In this document: positions 1 to 14,227 of the stretch, one piece after another
Layout of the letters: every line of letters starts with the position of its first letter
How positions within the stretch are numbered: position 1 is the stretch's first letter
Assembly (NCBI GenBank): GCA_964016885.1
Contig: OZ024740.1
Location: forward strand, 112,220,001 to 112,284,000
Origin: Eledone cirrhosa
Lineage: Eukaryota
Reading direction: 5' to 3'
Length of the DNA: 64,000 nt
Notes under the pieces: model-generated
Seen by the model: the letters and a program-made list of their open reading frames with translations, nothing else
What the model was told of the DNA's origin: nothing
Database searches by the model: none
Made by a program: the position numbers and the translations under genes

Positions 1-22
1 TGTATGTATGTATGTATGTATG

Positions 23-106
<84 letters not shown>

Positions 107-115
107 AATATATAT

Positions 116-218
<103 letters not shown>

Positions 219-559
219 GTTTCTGAATGATTTGCATATCTACGTATGCAATGTCTATAGTATAGGAATGTGCTCACAGAATGACACATACAACAAATGG
301 GATGTAGTGAATTAACACACACACACACATACACACATACACACACACATACACACACACACACACACGTGTGTGTGTATATATATATGCGTGTGTGTGT
401 GTGAGTGTGCATGCGTGTTTATATGTAGAATCGTGTAAAGAAACCGCCAGTGTATGAGCCAATCAATATATTAATATCGATGTTTTTTTCCCAGTAAGTC
501 AGCCACATCTTTTGAATATAAGTATATAAGTATGTGTGTGTTTATGTGTGAAGGTAACT

Positions 560-851
560 TCTTTAGTGGTTAGGGGTATTCAGCTCACGGTCGTATGATC
601 GTGAGTTCGATTCCTGGTACCATGTTGTGTCCGAATAAGTCACTTTCTTTCACGTTGCTCCAGTTCACTCAACTGGTAAAAAGGAGTTGTATCTGTAATT
701 CAAAAGGCCAGCCTTGTCACGCCGAATCTTCCTGAGAATTAAGTTAAGGTTACACGTGTCTGTGGAATTCTCAGCCACTTACACGTTAATTTCACGAGCA
801 GGTTCTGTTGATCGTATCAACTGGAACACTCGTCGTCGTAACCAACGGAGT
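560..851 (+). mobile_element. tRNA-derived SINE, family 2 (tRNA head, CORE-like body, conserved 3' region)
   Basis: Box A-like TAGTGGTTAGG and box B GAGTTCGATTCC, then a CORE-like GTGTCC..AAGTCACTTT. The 3' body (…ctgagaa…gttaag…acacgtgtctgtggaa…cacgttaatttcacgagcagg…) recurs at ~7740-7890, 20215-20335 and, inverted, 36715-36910. Confidence 0.7.
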
Positions 852-1752
852 ATCAGTTTATAAGAGATGCCAACATGAATGGACCAGTTATTTATCTAAA
901 GACATTTTTTCCAATTCCAGCCCGCCAGTCCCTTCAATCTTTTTTAGTTCTCATTCTTTCTTCTGATGAAACGTCAAGACCCTCTTCCTGCTATTTCAAG
1001 CGTTAACCTAATATATTTCTTCCATATACTGTACCGATTGTGTTGTTATTTCTATTTACCTTTTACATATATATAAATAGATACGCTTACAGTGATTGGT
1101 AATAACGAACGAGACCAAAGTTCTCAATGCATACACACTATTATAATTACATTTATTTTATTTTGATATATTCAAAACACTAGTATTCATGAATCTGCGG
1201 GGGGGGGGGGGTAATATTTCATACTAAGAATAGAAAAGATAAAATCATACTAAATAAAATGCTAGATATGAGAAATTTTCTTAAATTCAATATCGTTTCA
1301 TAAATATTTAACAAAGATTAATGTAAGCTATTCTCGTAGAAATTCATGAAAGCCAATAAACATGTTAATACCAGAAGCCTTTCCGACAAGAACAGTGCAG
1401 ACTTTGTTATCTGTAATTTCATTGTCTCACAGAACTGATCCTTGAAGGGTAACTGTTTTTCAAATAATTTAATATATTGCGCTAAGATTCTGCTGAATAA
1501 TAACAGTATACTTAGAACTTGTAGCGCATTTGCTGAGAAAAGCTTCAAAGATTGTTTTTATTCAGATATCATTCAAGTAACCGGGATAAAGATTCTCTAC
1601 GTGTCTTTCCAAACATATTTGGTTCATAAAAGAAACAAACTCGATGACGATTAAATTCAAATAGTCGTTCATAAATATATTCTCTGTAATTACATATAGT
1701 TTTCGTGGAGTGTAAACTATGCTTCAGCAAAATGATTTTTTTGTACATATGC

Positions 1753-1940
1753 GTCATCATCATTATCATCGGATAGGGTGAATAACCCGGGAGAACTCCA
1801 CTCACCAGATGCCACTGTTCTCCATCGTTGTTTTCAGGTCTTCGATTGCCAAACCAATATCTTTAGCCAATTAGTCGATATAAGTCATCAGAGGACGCCC
1901 GATGCGAGAGTGTCCATATACTTCAACATAGTCCTTTCCT
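1753..1940 (-). pseudogene. Decayed 3' end of an RTE-type LINE
   Basis: Minus strand reads …GHSRIGRPLMTYID*LAKDIGLAIEDLKTTMENSGIW*, matching the GRP..T..D.L..D C-terminal pattern of RTE ORFs, followed by a (GAT)n tail. Confidence 0.6.
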
Positions 1941-2377
1941 TACTATGTAACTCCAAATAGATGATTCTAGAAATATTCTGAACACTTTGAACGACTAAGA
2001 ACTAATTACTTCTGTCTGTTAAGTTTTTATAGCTTTTAAAATGACACCTAAATATTCCGAGATATTTCTTTTGAAGTGTTAAATTTTCAAATGTACGAAA
2101 CTTTCAATTATTTTGTATTTTCGTACACCTGCTTTCATATCTTTTAATAAACATATTTATAGGTTCTCTTCAAAATCAGTTTGTGTGGCATCATTTTATC
2201 TTTTCTTCTCTATCAACCACATTCCATATTTTCCTGATAAAACTTTTATTGGCAACCAATAGGAAACTTTTGTTCTATTTTATCCAATGAGCACTTGTTA
2301 AAATATTGAACTATTTTCACTACTAACTTTTTCTTTTTTTTTTATAAATGCACCAAATTTTATGTTCGATTTCTCAT

Positions 2378-2566
2378 AATTGTTTCTACTTTTGGCACAA
2401 GGCCAGCAATTATCCCAGTGTATTACTGGTGCTTTATTTTATCGACCCCGTAAGGATGAAAGACAAAGTTAACCTCGGCGGGATTTTAACTCAGACAATA
2501 AAGGGCCATAACTCTTTGCTGCAGAGCATGGTGTCCGACGCTCTACCGATACTGCCAATCCACCAA
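2378..2566 (-). mobile_element. tRNA-derived SINE, family 1
   Basis: Reverse complement of the copy at 4005-4190; shares the domain TTTCATCCTTACGGGGTCGATAAAATAAAG. Confidence 0.85.
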
Positions 2567-2640
2567 TTGCTTGGAAATTAGCAATGAGAAACGCCGAGTA
2601 GCGATTAGAGAAGTTTCGGTTTCTAATAAAATATATGCAC

Positions 2641-2687
<47 letters not shown>

Positions 2688-2691
<4 letters not shown>

Positions 2692-3150
2692 CAAGAAAAC
2701 GAAAAATCAGTGATGCATCTGGACTTAGTTTATTTCGTGTTACAAATGTTTCGCCGGCATGTAGCTCGAGTCATGGTCCTTGTATGGATCTGGCTGATTC
2801 TACTTCTGCGGGTTCTTTCAAACACGGGTGTTATGTCCGGAGCAAATTTTATCACTGGGGTGTTGTCATCAAAATAACACCCTCAAAAAACCCTCTATCC
2901 ACTCTTGTCATGCCATTTTGAGGGTGTTGTTTTGATTTTAACACCCCAGTGAAGTAGAATCAGCCAGATCCATACAAGGACCATGACTCGAGCTACATGC
3001 CGGCGAAACATTTGTAACACGAAATAAACTAAGTCCAGATGCATCACTGATTTTTTGTTTTCTTGATAATATCTACACTCTACTCTGATGAATATCGAGT
3101 GCTAATTTTGGCATACCGCCTACGGAAGCACCATAGCTACCACTATACAC
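2688..3150. mobile_element. Fold-back insert in (TA)n with hammerhead-like motif (Penelope-like pseudo-LTR or retrozyme-like)
   Basis: Near-perfect ~120-bp inverted arms (2688-2806 / 2951-3068). The right arm continues ~80 bp as a tail to the next (TA)n. Both ends abut (TA)n. Confidence 0.7.
2736..2826 (-). ncRNA. Type I hammerhead-like ribozyme with long stem II (core slightly non-canonical)
   Basis: Minus strand: CGUGU-UUGAAAGA-[cc..gca..guag…cuac..ugc..gg]-GAAAC-auuu-GUA-ACACG, then AAUAAA. Stem I is CGUGU/ACACG. Confidence 0.55.
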
Positions 3151-3152
3151 AA

Positions 3153-3259
<107 letters not shown>

Positions 3260-3565
3260 ATGATGTGCTCATGCGCGAAGATGCTATAAAAACTATATTA
3301 TAAAAGAAGTGTAGCTTAAAAATAAGGTGAAGACCTTATTGACTGCTATAAAGAAACGAACCCCATATCTCCCAGATATGCATATGTATGTGTGTATGTG
3401 TGGGAGGGCTGTGTGTGTCCGTATGTGTGAGTGAGTTGCCTGTATATATATCACAGCACAGACGAATACGCGTGCGCGTTTGAGCACGTGGAATAGACGT
3501 AATTTTGAATCAGTAATGATTTATCGCTGTCTCTCTCTCACTCTCTCTCTCTCTCTCTCGCTCTC

Positions 3566-3597
<32 letters not shown>

Positions 3598-3921
3598 ACT
3601 CACTCACTGTTACTCTTTCTATCTCTTCTTCTCCTTTCTTATGTCCCCCTTCTTAATTATGTATCTGCATGTAAGTATGTATAATAGTATGCATGTGTGT
3701 CTATATATCTGGCACACTCTTATATTATGTATCTTTTTAGAAATACACACCATCTGGTCATTTTGTTGTTTATAAGAGAAAGAAGTGATATTGTTGGGGA
3801 CTGTGATAGTAGTGGTCGTCGTCGTGGAAGCTATTACAGATTATTTGGCCGCCCCTTTACTATTTCTTTTGTATATAAACAGACACACACAGAGATAGTT
3901 TTGAATAAATTTAGTCTATAT

Positions 3922-3986
<65 letters not shown>

Positions 3987-4004
3987 CACACACATTATTT
4001 TAAA

Positions 4005-4190
4005 TAGATTGGCAGTATCGGTAGAGGGTCGGACGCCATGCTTTGAGGCATTGAGTTATGGCCCTTGCCATTCTGAGTTCAAATCCCGCCGAGGTTAACT
4101 TTGCCTTTCATCCTTACGGGGTCGATAAAATAAAGTACCAGTAATGCACTGGGTATTTGCTGGCCTTGTGCTAATAGTAGAAACAATTAT
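4005..4190 (+). mobile_element. tRNA-derived SINE, family 1 (central domain resembles the Meta/MESC SINE domain)
   Basis: Box A-like TGGCAGTATCGG, box B GAGTTCAAATCC, then GTTAACTTTGCCTTTCATCCTTACGGGGTCGATAAAATAAAGTACCAG. More than 10 copies in the window. The domain name is from recall, not from a search. Confidence 0.85.
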
Positions 4191-4454
4191 TTAAAATAAA
4201 TTTATTATATATAAACATACCACACACACACACGCGCGCACATATATATATATATATATATAAAGAGAGAGAGAGAGAGGGGGAGAGGGGGAAGAGATTT
4301 ATATCGGATATATGTGTCTGCGTATATATATATATATATATATATATAATAGCTGATTAAATACACACGTGCTTTTTCTCCATAAACTTGTTCTTTCTTT
4401 CCTCTTTTCACTGTCTACCTTTCTATTACATTTCGTCTTATGTTTCTCATTCTA

Positions 4455-4489
4455 TCTTCTGATGAAGGTCTAGTTTCCGAAACGCAAGA
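4455..4489 (+). ncRNA. Degenerate minimal type I hammerhead (Penelope-type)
   Basis: UCUU-CUGAUGA-A-GG-ucuaguuu-CC-GAAAC-GCA-AGA; the cleavage triplet is altered. Related copies at ~960-975 (stem II deleted, GAAACGUC) and 51945-51972 (CCGAGGA-AGGG…CCC-GAAAC-GUC) share downstream sequence. Confidence 0.55.
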
Positions 4490-5204
4490 GCTCTTTCCTA
4501 CTTTATCAAGCGTTTAAGTAATACTGTGTTGTCTGCTTTGCTGATTCCGTCTACCTTTCACATACAGTGTGTATGTAGCGAAATTATCTAACTGGTAAAT
4601 CTGTGGATATGAAACGCATCCCACTAAAAATAGCTTTAACGCCATAACCGGAAACAGTTATCATGAAATCCCTGTGCATTTCAACCAAATCAAGCTGACC
4701 CAAACCTCTTCGCACTCTGCTGGTCATTGACACAGTTAAACACATCATACCCGGCTGTAGCAGTCACTAGTCATTAAGACATTGCTGGAAGAAATTCGTT
4801 ATGTTCAGACATGGGGAGAGATGGGCTCCGCCAGACTTAAAATGCCCGAGAAACGCCAGTACGATGCAATACGACTCCATCAGGATTTACGGCACCGTGA
4901 GATATATATATATATACCAACAGACAGAAATATTTATTTTCTGTTGCACGAGCCGGCAATTTTATGTGGTACTCTTAAGTTAAATCGTGTGAAACCACAG
5001 TCGGTCTGAGAGCTGAAGAAGTTAAAAGATGTTTGTGTGATCTTGTCTCATCCATTTTCTTCTTTTGCTCCTTTTTTCCTAACATTTCTATGAGCCAACA
5101 CACTTCTAGCCACTGATTTCTGTCCTTTGAGGTAAAAGTTTTACCTGATGCTGTCATTGATGGCCTTTTGCTGTTCTTTTCATTATACTATATATATATA
5201 TAAT

Positions 5205-5470
5205 GATAATATTAATACAAGGATGATTTGTTAAGCCTTCATTACGTTTATTGATTGAGTCGGGCCAGATCGATACAGATAGAACCTCGAGCTGATCAAT
5301 AGCGAAACGCGCGTCACCAATCAACAAACGTAATGAAGGCTTAACAAATCGCCCTTGTATCATTATATTACACTCTGTCTAGCTCTACACCTCGCCACTG
5401 ACGTGAATCTAAACATCGAGTGCTCACCTGGGTGAACCTACATTAAAATCACGTTACACTCCCTGGATAC
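5205..5470. mobile_element. Fold-back insert in (TA)n with the 3' half of a hammerhead
   Basis: Inverted arms 5215-5257 / 5318-5360 enclose …AGTCGGG…CTCGAGCTGATCAATAGC-GAAAC-GCGC-GTC. The long arm tail ends TTACACTCCCTGGAT; the same end is seen at 21101-21160. Confidence 0.65.
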
Positions 5471-5751
5471 ATATATATATCAACAGTCGATCGACTTTCG
5501 TCAAATTGGACCGAGGAAAGAATGTTTCCATTCGTCTTTCCAATTGCTAATGCTCTCTATCGGTTGCAACTCCAGGTAGAAGGAGCAATGTGAAATAAAG
5601 TGTCTTTCTCAAGGACATAACGCATCGCCCGTCCAGGAATCGAACTCACAACCTCACGATTGCGAATCCAAAACTCTAACCACTCAGAACACTTGCCTTA
5701 TATATATGCGAAAAGTAAACGGAAAACAACACAGCAAAATGATACACATAC

Positions 5752-5790
<39 letters not shown>

Positions 5791-8286
5791 GAGACCTCTC
5801 TCAATTTCAGATTTCTGTGTATTTATATAAAGCAACCAATCAATTCATCAGATTATATTTGTGTTTTTGTTACATATCTCCCCATCTCATCACCTATATA
5901 TTTATGCATCCATCCAGCCATCTACCCACCAAGCCATCACCTCTTTATTCATTTACCCATCCATAAATTCATCCATCCATTCAATCAGCTATCCACCAAT
6001 CACCCATCATCCAACCACTATCCCCCACATCAATCACTCCCCAGACCAACCTATGCTCATCGTTCATCGATTCATTTTTTCACCCATCCATCCATTTAAC
6101 TCTTTATCCACCTATCCGTCATTTTATTTGTCTATCACTCTCACAATTTGTCAATCCAGCCTTACACCCAATCACCTATCTACCCATCATATATCTATTT
6201 ATCCTATCCGTCTATATATCTATCTATATATCCACCTATCCAACCACTATTCTCTTTCCGACTTCTTTACGAATCGATCCATTCTCGTTATCCATCCCAC
6301 CTTAACATACACCCGTTCATTCATCCTTCCATCTGTCCACCCAGCCATCTAACTAACCCACCAGCCATTCATCCTAATATCTACCCACATATCCACCTAT
6401 GCAGAAAGCGATTCATCGTTCCAACTATCCACCCATCCATCCATCCTTCTAACTATCGATCTATCCATCTGTCCATCCAGCCATTCATTCTTCCATCTAC
6501 CCACCCAACCACCCATACATCCATGCAGCCATCTATCCATCCGTTCATCGTACTATTCACATAGCCATCTATACACCCATCAATCAATCCCCTACACCTC
6601 CATTACTCCTCTGACACTCCTCTCCATCCATCTACACTTTATTATTTAAACCTCGTTAGAAAAGCAAGCGATTCTCATCATTCTGCCTATTTCACTTTTT
6701 GGCTCGACATTTAAAGAGAAACCTGGCAGAAGTGTGCATGAATGCCACAGTGCATCGATGCGAAAGGGAGGAGAAATAAAGCTCTTAAAAGTTTGAGGGA
6801 ACAAACTGTGCATATGTCTTTCCCTCTGATAAGCTGGTTGAATGTTATTTAGCAAAGATCTGGCTGCTATTTTTAACAGGTAAAGTGACCGCATACAGCT
6901 TCTTGTTTCACGACATCCAAATATAACCTAGCTTGATCCAGTGTGTTGACTGAAAAAGTGAGGTTCTATCGTAACTTAATGCTAGACTGACTAACACAGA
7001 GAGGAAGGGGGAGTTCTCTTGTCAAAAAATACTGTTTTATTACATTAATCCCAGTTCAAAACTTTGTTGGGTTTTGTTTATTATTGCTTAATATTGGGGC
7101 TTAAAGACTTTTAGTGTCTCTTTTGTTCATTAGGAATGTTACAGCTATCTATCTATTGCACTTGGTTTGATTGTGTTAAGCAACTGAGAGTACAGGACTA
7201 TCTCTCTGGAGACGACACCAGTTCGTCGCAAAGTTAACTCACGGCTGGTGGTATTTATTTTCAGATGAGTGGACTAGAGTACCGTAAAATGAAAATCACA
7301 ACATACAACCCGGTCCAAGAATCAAACCACTTGGCTGCGTGCTTTCGCTGATAACTAGTACTGGTACTGCAATTGGAATGTAGGATATTGTTTTGGAAAA
7401 GGAAAGTTCCAACTACCATAAATCTGTTAGAAATTCTTCGAATAATCTATCTTTGTTCAAAGTACTTTAGTATAACATTATGTCCATGCCAAGTTTTAGG
7501 TACCATCTGTTGGGTGAGAGTAAAAATAAGGATCATTAATTTAAAGGTTGGGTCTTAGGAAACAGTTTTTCTACTATGTATGGAGGGCATGCTGACATGG
7601 TTTAGTGGTTTAAGAAGTTCGCTTCACGATCATGAGTTCCTGGGTTCGGACACCCTGCATAGCATTAGACAATTTCTTTACCATTGTTTCGGGTCGACCC
7701 AAGCCTTATGAGTGAAAGTTGGAAGACGAAAACCGTTTTGAATGCCGTCAGGTCCACTGTAAATGTAATTCAAAAGGCCCAGTTTTGTCACACACTGTAT
7801 CACATTGAATCTGACGGTGAATTACGTTAAAGACACACATGTCTGTGGAATACTCAGCCACTTAGGCGTTAATTTATCGTTTCGTTGACCGAATAACTTG
7901 AGCATTCGATGGTTTAGGTTTTGAGATAGATAGATGAATTTTGCATGGATTAGGTAAAAGTAAAGGTAAGGTAAAGACCACCTTCGATCACAAATGACTA
8001 GAAAGTACCCCTCCGAGGCACAAGTCCGGGCAAGTTTATTTGGGGAAGACCAGCAGTCACCCATGCATTTCAATGCCCTCTCCACGCCACCGATGTTGTC
8101 CAAAGGAAAGGCAATGGCCGATACATCTTGGCACCACTCATTTATACAGCTGAGTGAACAGGAGCAACGAGAAATAAAGTGCCTTGCTCAAGGGGACAAT
8201 GCATCAATCGATCCGAGAATCGAACTCACAGCCTCCCGTTAAATGAATAAATGGATTGATGGATATTTCACACGCAAAAATGCACG

Positions 8287-8401
<115 letters not shown>

Positions 8402-9379
8402 GCGATACAGCAAAAAGCTTCCATAAAATGAAGTGGGGAAAGAATCCAATGTAAAAAAGACAAAAATATGAAGGTATATGCACTTAAGTGTGTGGATATG
8501 TATATACATATATATGTGTGTGTTGTGTGTGTTTCTATATATTATGTGTTTACATGTATAGGTATATATGCGTGTGTATGTGTGTGTTGATATATACATA
8601 TATATGTTTTGTATAGGTGTATATGTGTAGATATATACATATATATGTTTTGTATAGGTGTATATGTGTGTGTATATATATATATATATATATTCATACA
8701 CGTGTGTGAGCAATGCTCTTGGAGACTTTGTTTATATTTGGGCCATGCATATATATACTGATTGCAAGTCTCTGTGTATTTTTGTACATAATTGTATACG
8801 TCTGCATGTGCCTGCTTTTTTATTTGCCAATTGAAATGAGGTCATGCAATGCACCTACAAAGGATCTTAATTTTAATTTATATAGTCAACATAGATGAAT
8901 TTAATTTCATTTGTTGAAATACTTCTATCGGGGACAGAACGTATTTGATTTGAAACGTTGGGGGCATATTAGATATTTTCTTTGGGGGTGAATGATAATT
9001 GTGTTTTCTTAATGACGCAAAAAGTTCGTTTTGCAATGGCGAGATCCCATGTTCGATCTCATTGTCTGGTGCATTGAACCTTTTCTTATAACCCTTTCTA
9101 ATAGCCTGAAGGTGGTCTAAGGTTTGTGAGTTAGTGACATATATCGGCGGCGGAATGTCAGAGTCGAATAGCATGCCGCCTTGCAGTACTTGTTCTAGCT
9201 GTCTGCGCTCTGAGTTCAAATCCTGCTGAAGTAAACTTAGTCTTTCAGCTTTTCGAGTTCGTTAAATAAAATACCAGTTCAATACTGAGCCGATTCACTC
9301 TCACTCTCTTTCATTCTCCCCCCTCCCCCCGGCTCTCCCCTCCCCCCTCTCTCTCTCTTTCTCTCTCTCCCTCTCTTTC

Positions 9380-9438
<59 letters not shown>

Positions 9439-9892
9439 CGAAGAAATCGGTTGTGTTCCGAGCTGGAAAGATCTAAACTCCGCCAGTAAATCTGGCGGAG
9501 TTTACATCTTGTCAAAGACGACAGCTCCTTTATTATGACTCCACCAGGAGTTAATGATCCACGGATTAATGAATGGGCGTATTAAGCAAGGTCAAATTTT
9601 CCCCGCATGTATGCAAGATTGAACCTAGCTTGATCACGCTTACATTTCTCATAAAGTAGAATAGTCTTCACGATCGTCTCTCCACAATCAGTGGAAAGTA
9701 ATCGTATCCGCTTGATAGTTTTAACAAAATCTGTTTATTAAACATATTAACATAACTTACTTTTAAATATATATCTGAGAGGGGTTCATTTATTCTTTAA
9801 CTTATCTCTCACACACTCTCTCTGCATTTATCTATTAATCTATCCTTATGTGTGTGTGTGTGTGTGTGTGTGTGTAGCTTATCATCTGTCTA

Positions 9893-9939
<47 letters not shown>

Positions 9940-9941
<2 letters not shown>

Positions 9942-10034
9942 CGAAGGAAGTGTGGTAAGTAACCAGGTGGACCATAACGCACGACCAAGCTGTCGAAACG
10001 CCCGGAGCTCAGCCGTCGGGGTCCTGACTCTCTT

Positions 10035-10038
<4 letters not shown>
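9940..10038. mobile_element. Hammerhead fold-back family B, short copy
   Basis: Inverted tail fragment ACGAAGGAAG…CCATAACGCAC joined to GTCGAAAC…GAGCTCAGCCGTCGGGGTC…TTCCTA; (TA)n on both sides. Confidence 0.8.
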
Positions 10039-10080
<42 letters not shown>

Positions 10081-10103
10081 TATGCACCTCATAATTTGTC
10101 TAC

Positions 10104-10134
<31 letters not shown>

Positions 10135-10692
10135 CTTACTAACTTCTTTATCTATGCACCTACCACGAAAATTTATTTGTCTGACTATCTATCTAGCCAG
10201 ATATATATCTACCCCTTCAATCTATGATGCATCTCCTTCGTTTTCCATGGGGTACAATCCAGCCCCAGTCCTACAGTTCTACTCTCCATCCATCACCAGA
10301 GTCATCACCACCATCACCGCCACCGCCACCACCACAACCACTACCACCAGTTCAAAATCTTATAACAATACATAAGGAGTTCGTTCATTGTACAATACCA
10401 AGTCTGCCTAACGTAATTACTAAACAACTAGATCTTTCGCTTTTCTTCGAACACAACTCCACCCTCCCCACCATTCATATATATATTTATTTTTTATTTT
10501 AGACATTTCATGTTATATTTCATTTATTGTAATTTAGTTTAGATTCTTCTTTTCTTTATTTTGTGTCACTTTTCTATTGTTTGATGAGAAACGGTGTGGA
10601 CCCGTCTTTATCTGTTCTTTTCATATGTTAATCGGGTTGGAGGTTCAATACGCTGCTGTTGTTGTTACTAATACTACCACCATAAACACCTT

Positions 10693-10725
<33 letters not shown>

Positions 10726-10890
10726 AAATAATGATAATAATAATAACAATGATAATCATTGTTTTGCAAGGCACGGGCGCGAACCCCTAGCTCTTTTTTT
10801 TTTTCTTGTAGTAAAAGTTTGCCATATTGTTTAGTTAAATAATTGAATTTTCTGACCAGCTTAACACTCGCTTTCCCAATCTTTTTTAAT

Positions 10891-11012
<122 letters not shown>

Positions 11013-12292
11013 CTCCCCCATCTCTCTCTCCTTCTCTCCCCTTCGCTCCTCCATTTCTCTCTTCCTTTCTCTTTTTCCTCACACTATATGTGTCGCTTCT
11101 CTGTCTAACAAACACATAGACACACACGCACAATAATATATATACATATGCACATGTACGAATATATGTACACATACACACACAGAGAAAATCTCTTATA
11201 TTTTTTTTTCTTGTTATTCTCCTCGCTTATTATTTTTAGGGGGTCAGAATAAAGAAATCAAATCAAACATAAGAGTCCACCTAGATTTTTGTGAAGTGCA
11301 TGGGGGGAAGGGTGTGGCACCATCCTCTTACATGAAGTCCTAAAATTAATTACAGCTTCTGTCCTTCCAGCCATCAAAATCACCCCCTAGCCCCACCACT
11401 ACCATCACCGTCCCCATCATACCATCACCGTCCCCACCATTACCATCAACACCACCACCACCAGCAAAATCAGCACACCAACACTGCCACCATTTTCACT
11501 CACCACAACCACAACAACATCACCATCACTACAACCACCACTCCCCACAATTACCAACAACAACTCCCACCACCACAGCCACTACCACTCCTACCACCAA
11601 CACAACCAACATCAATACCACCTCCATCACCCACTATCTCCACAATTACAACCAACCCCACCACCACCACATTTTTCTCCTTCTCTACCAACACTTCCAC
11701 CACACACCCTCACTTTACCTTTAATTTGTTTCTCACTCTGCCCACCACTCATGTCACCATCATGCTTCCTTCTCTTTCTTTCGCTTTCCCTTCATCGGCC
11801 ACACCTCCTCCTCCCTTATCTTTCCCCCTCCATCTCCATCTTCCTACTACCTCCTACCTCCACACGTAACACTATGTTCCGTCTTCATTCTTTCTCAATA
11901 TGTCAACAAAGGGAACAATTCCCTTCCTCTCCACTCGCTCTCCTTTCTACTTTGTTTCTCTTTTTTCCTTTTTTGCATCATTTCTCTCCACCACCCCCCT
12001 CTCACTTACGGGTCGCAGTTTATCTAGCCCTCACTATCTTTCCCTCCCGCTACACACATCATTATATATTGCTATCTGTCTCTCGTTCTCTCAGTTATTC
12101 TATTTAGCATGGACACAGTAACATATACATATATATATAGTTACATAATAACGGTATTACACGACATTATATACTGTAGGCTACCGTCTGGTTTCATATA
12201 AGAACAGATCATTTTGTTGGAGATAATACATCCCTCTATCTACTCGGCATTCCTCAGGCCTTAACGTTTACAAACGGCTAAACATGTGTATG

Positions 12293-12367
<75 letters not shown>

Positions 12368-12665
12368 AAAATGGCTGACTGAACACTCACGTGCTTTTTC
12401 TCCCCCAAACATTTTCCCGTTTCTTCCTCTTCTCAATCTCATCTATCTTTCTAATTCTTCCTTTATTTCTCATTTTATTTTCTGATGAAGGATTAAGAGA
12501 AATGAAATGAACACCGGCAATAAACTATGGAATGTATTATAAAATATAAAATCATTTCGACTTATAATTTGGTCAAATACTAAGACCTCTTGCTCCGACA
12601 ACTTTACAAGAATTACTAAGCCTGCATTTTCCACTACACAATTCACACTCACTCACGCCAAATAA

Positions 12666-12875
12666 TTATTTCTGCTTTAGGCACAAGGCCAGCAATTTGA
12701 AAAGGGGGGAAAGTCGATTAAATCGACCCCAGTGCATTACTGGTGCTTTATTCATCGACCCCTTAAGGACGAAAGACAAAGTTAACCTCAGTGGAAGTTG
12801 AACGCAGAACGTAAAGGGACGTAACTCTATGCTGCGAAGCATGGTGGCCGATGCTCTACCGATACTGCCAACTCC
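12666..12875 (-). mobile_element. tRNA-derived SINE, family 1
   Basis: Homologous to 4005-4190 in reverse orientation. Confidence 0.85.
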
Positions 12876-13827
12876 CACCACCACAGCCATTTGATACATA
12901 ATCGGTGCCCGTGACGTGACTGGTGCGGACTCCAACCCTTTTGGCATGATTTCAACGGTGGAAAGCTCTTCCTAACAGCAACCACTTTACAGAATGTACT
13001 GGGTGATTTTATCTAGCACTGGGGAGGTTACCAGTCGATACCACAACTGAAGAACCTTCTCTATGACATAGGGTTGGTGGAGCCCTTTATCAATTTAGTG
13101 GATTTGGCAGGGTAATGTAAGAGAGGAAAGGTGTTAGTGACCACAGATAAAGTGCGAGGTACGATGATGACGAAAACTGACAGAGGGCTATGACTGGTGT
13201 GGCGGGATTTAACAGGATGATGTGAGGGAGAAAGAGAGGTAAGGGTGGTTTTGTATAGAATATATATGTTGGGGTGTGTAGATACGTATGTAGCTCTGTG
13301 TGTGTGTCCAACCATCCGTCAATCTAACACTGTAAGTAAATATCTATAAAACTACGTACCTATCCATCAAGCTAGTAAGCCATTTATTTATCTACCTGTC
13401 AGTTTAGCTGTGATTAGCCATTGTTATAGCTTTTGTTGTTATTGTTGATGTTGGTGGCGGTGGCTTGTTGGTGGGAGTGGTGAGGGTGGGACCTTTAATG
13501 TAGTTTCTCTTGTTATTGTCCCAGCTGTTTATTTTTTTACGATTGCTCTTATTGTTGTGTCACTTGATGTTGGTCGTCGGTACGGTTTCGATTTCTTGTC
13601 ATCATTTTATTATCGTCCTTGTCATTGTGTTCTTGTTATTACAGATGTCATTGTTAGTATTATTCCTTTTCGTCGTTCTTATCCACATAAACTACGTTAT
13701 GACGTCATTGAAAAGAAACTTTGTTCATGATGTTTTGAATGATCTTCCCGCCACCACACGGAGACGGAACTTCTGTTTAAGTTATATTTTGTTACATACA
13801 TACACGTACATATATATGTATATACAT

Positions 13828-13937
<110 letters not shown>

Positions 13938-14227
13938 GTAGCGATTCTTTGCTTAAACTTTAATCTGTTATTTTAATAAATATTTGCTCTACGGTTCTTA
14001 TATATTTGATATATATTTATCCTTATCGAGCCCTCTTTGGATTTTAGTCTTCAAATTTATTAGTATCACTATATATATATACGTGTAATGTATGTATGTA
14101 TACATATGTTTGTATGAGTATGTATTTTGATATTGATATACATATATGAGTGTATGTATGTTGATATATATAAACATATGTAAGTGCTTATACAACAGGG
14201 AAAGGAACACTGGCATGGTTTCGTTTG

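Noticed and set aside
2736-2826. Hammerhead with a ~50-nt insertion at core position 7 (GA-GCU…GGC-GAAAC read as stem II)
   Set aside because: Similarity to the 45422 and 16381 hammerheads and the GUAG/CUAC and GCA/UGC pairings favour a long stem II instead.
4005-4095. tRNA genes at box A / box B motifs
   Set aside because: These are SINE heads that continue into the SINE body; no cloverleaf.
8878-9130. Minus-strand ORF of non-repetitive peptide (…IRKGYKKRFNAPDNE…)
   Set aside because: No recognisable domain and the ORF start lies in a SINE. It could be a terminal exon, but I cannot support that.
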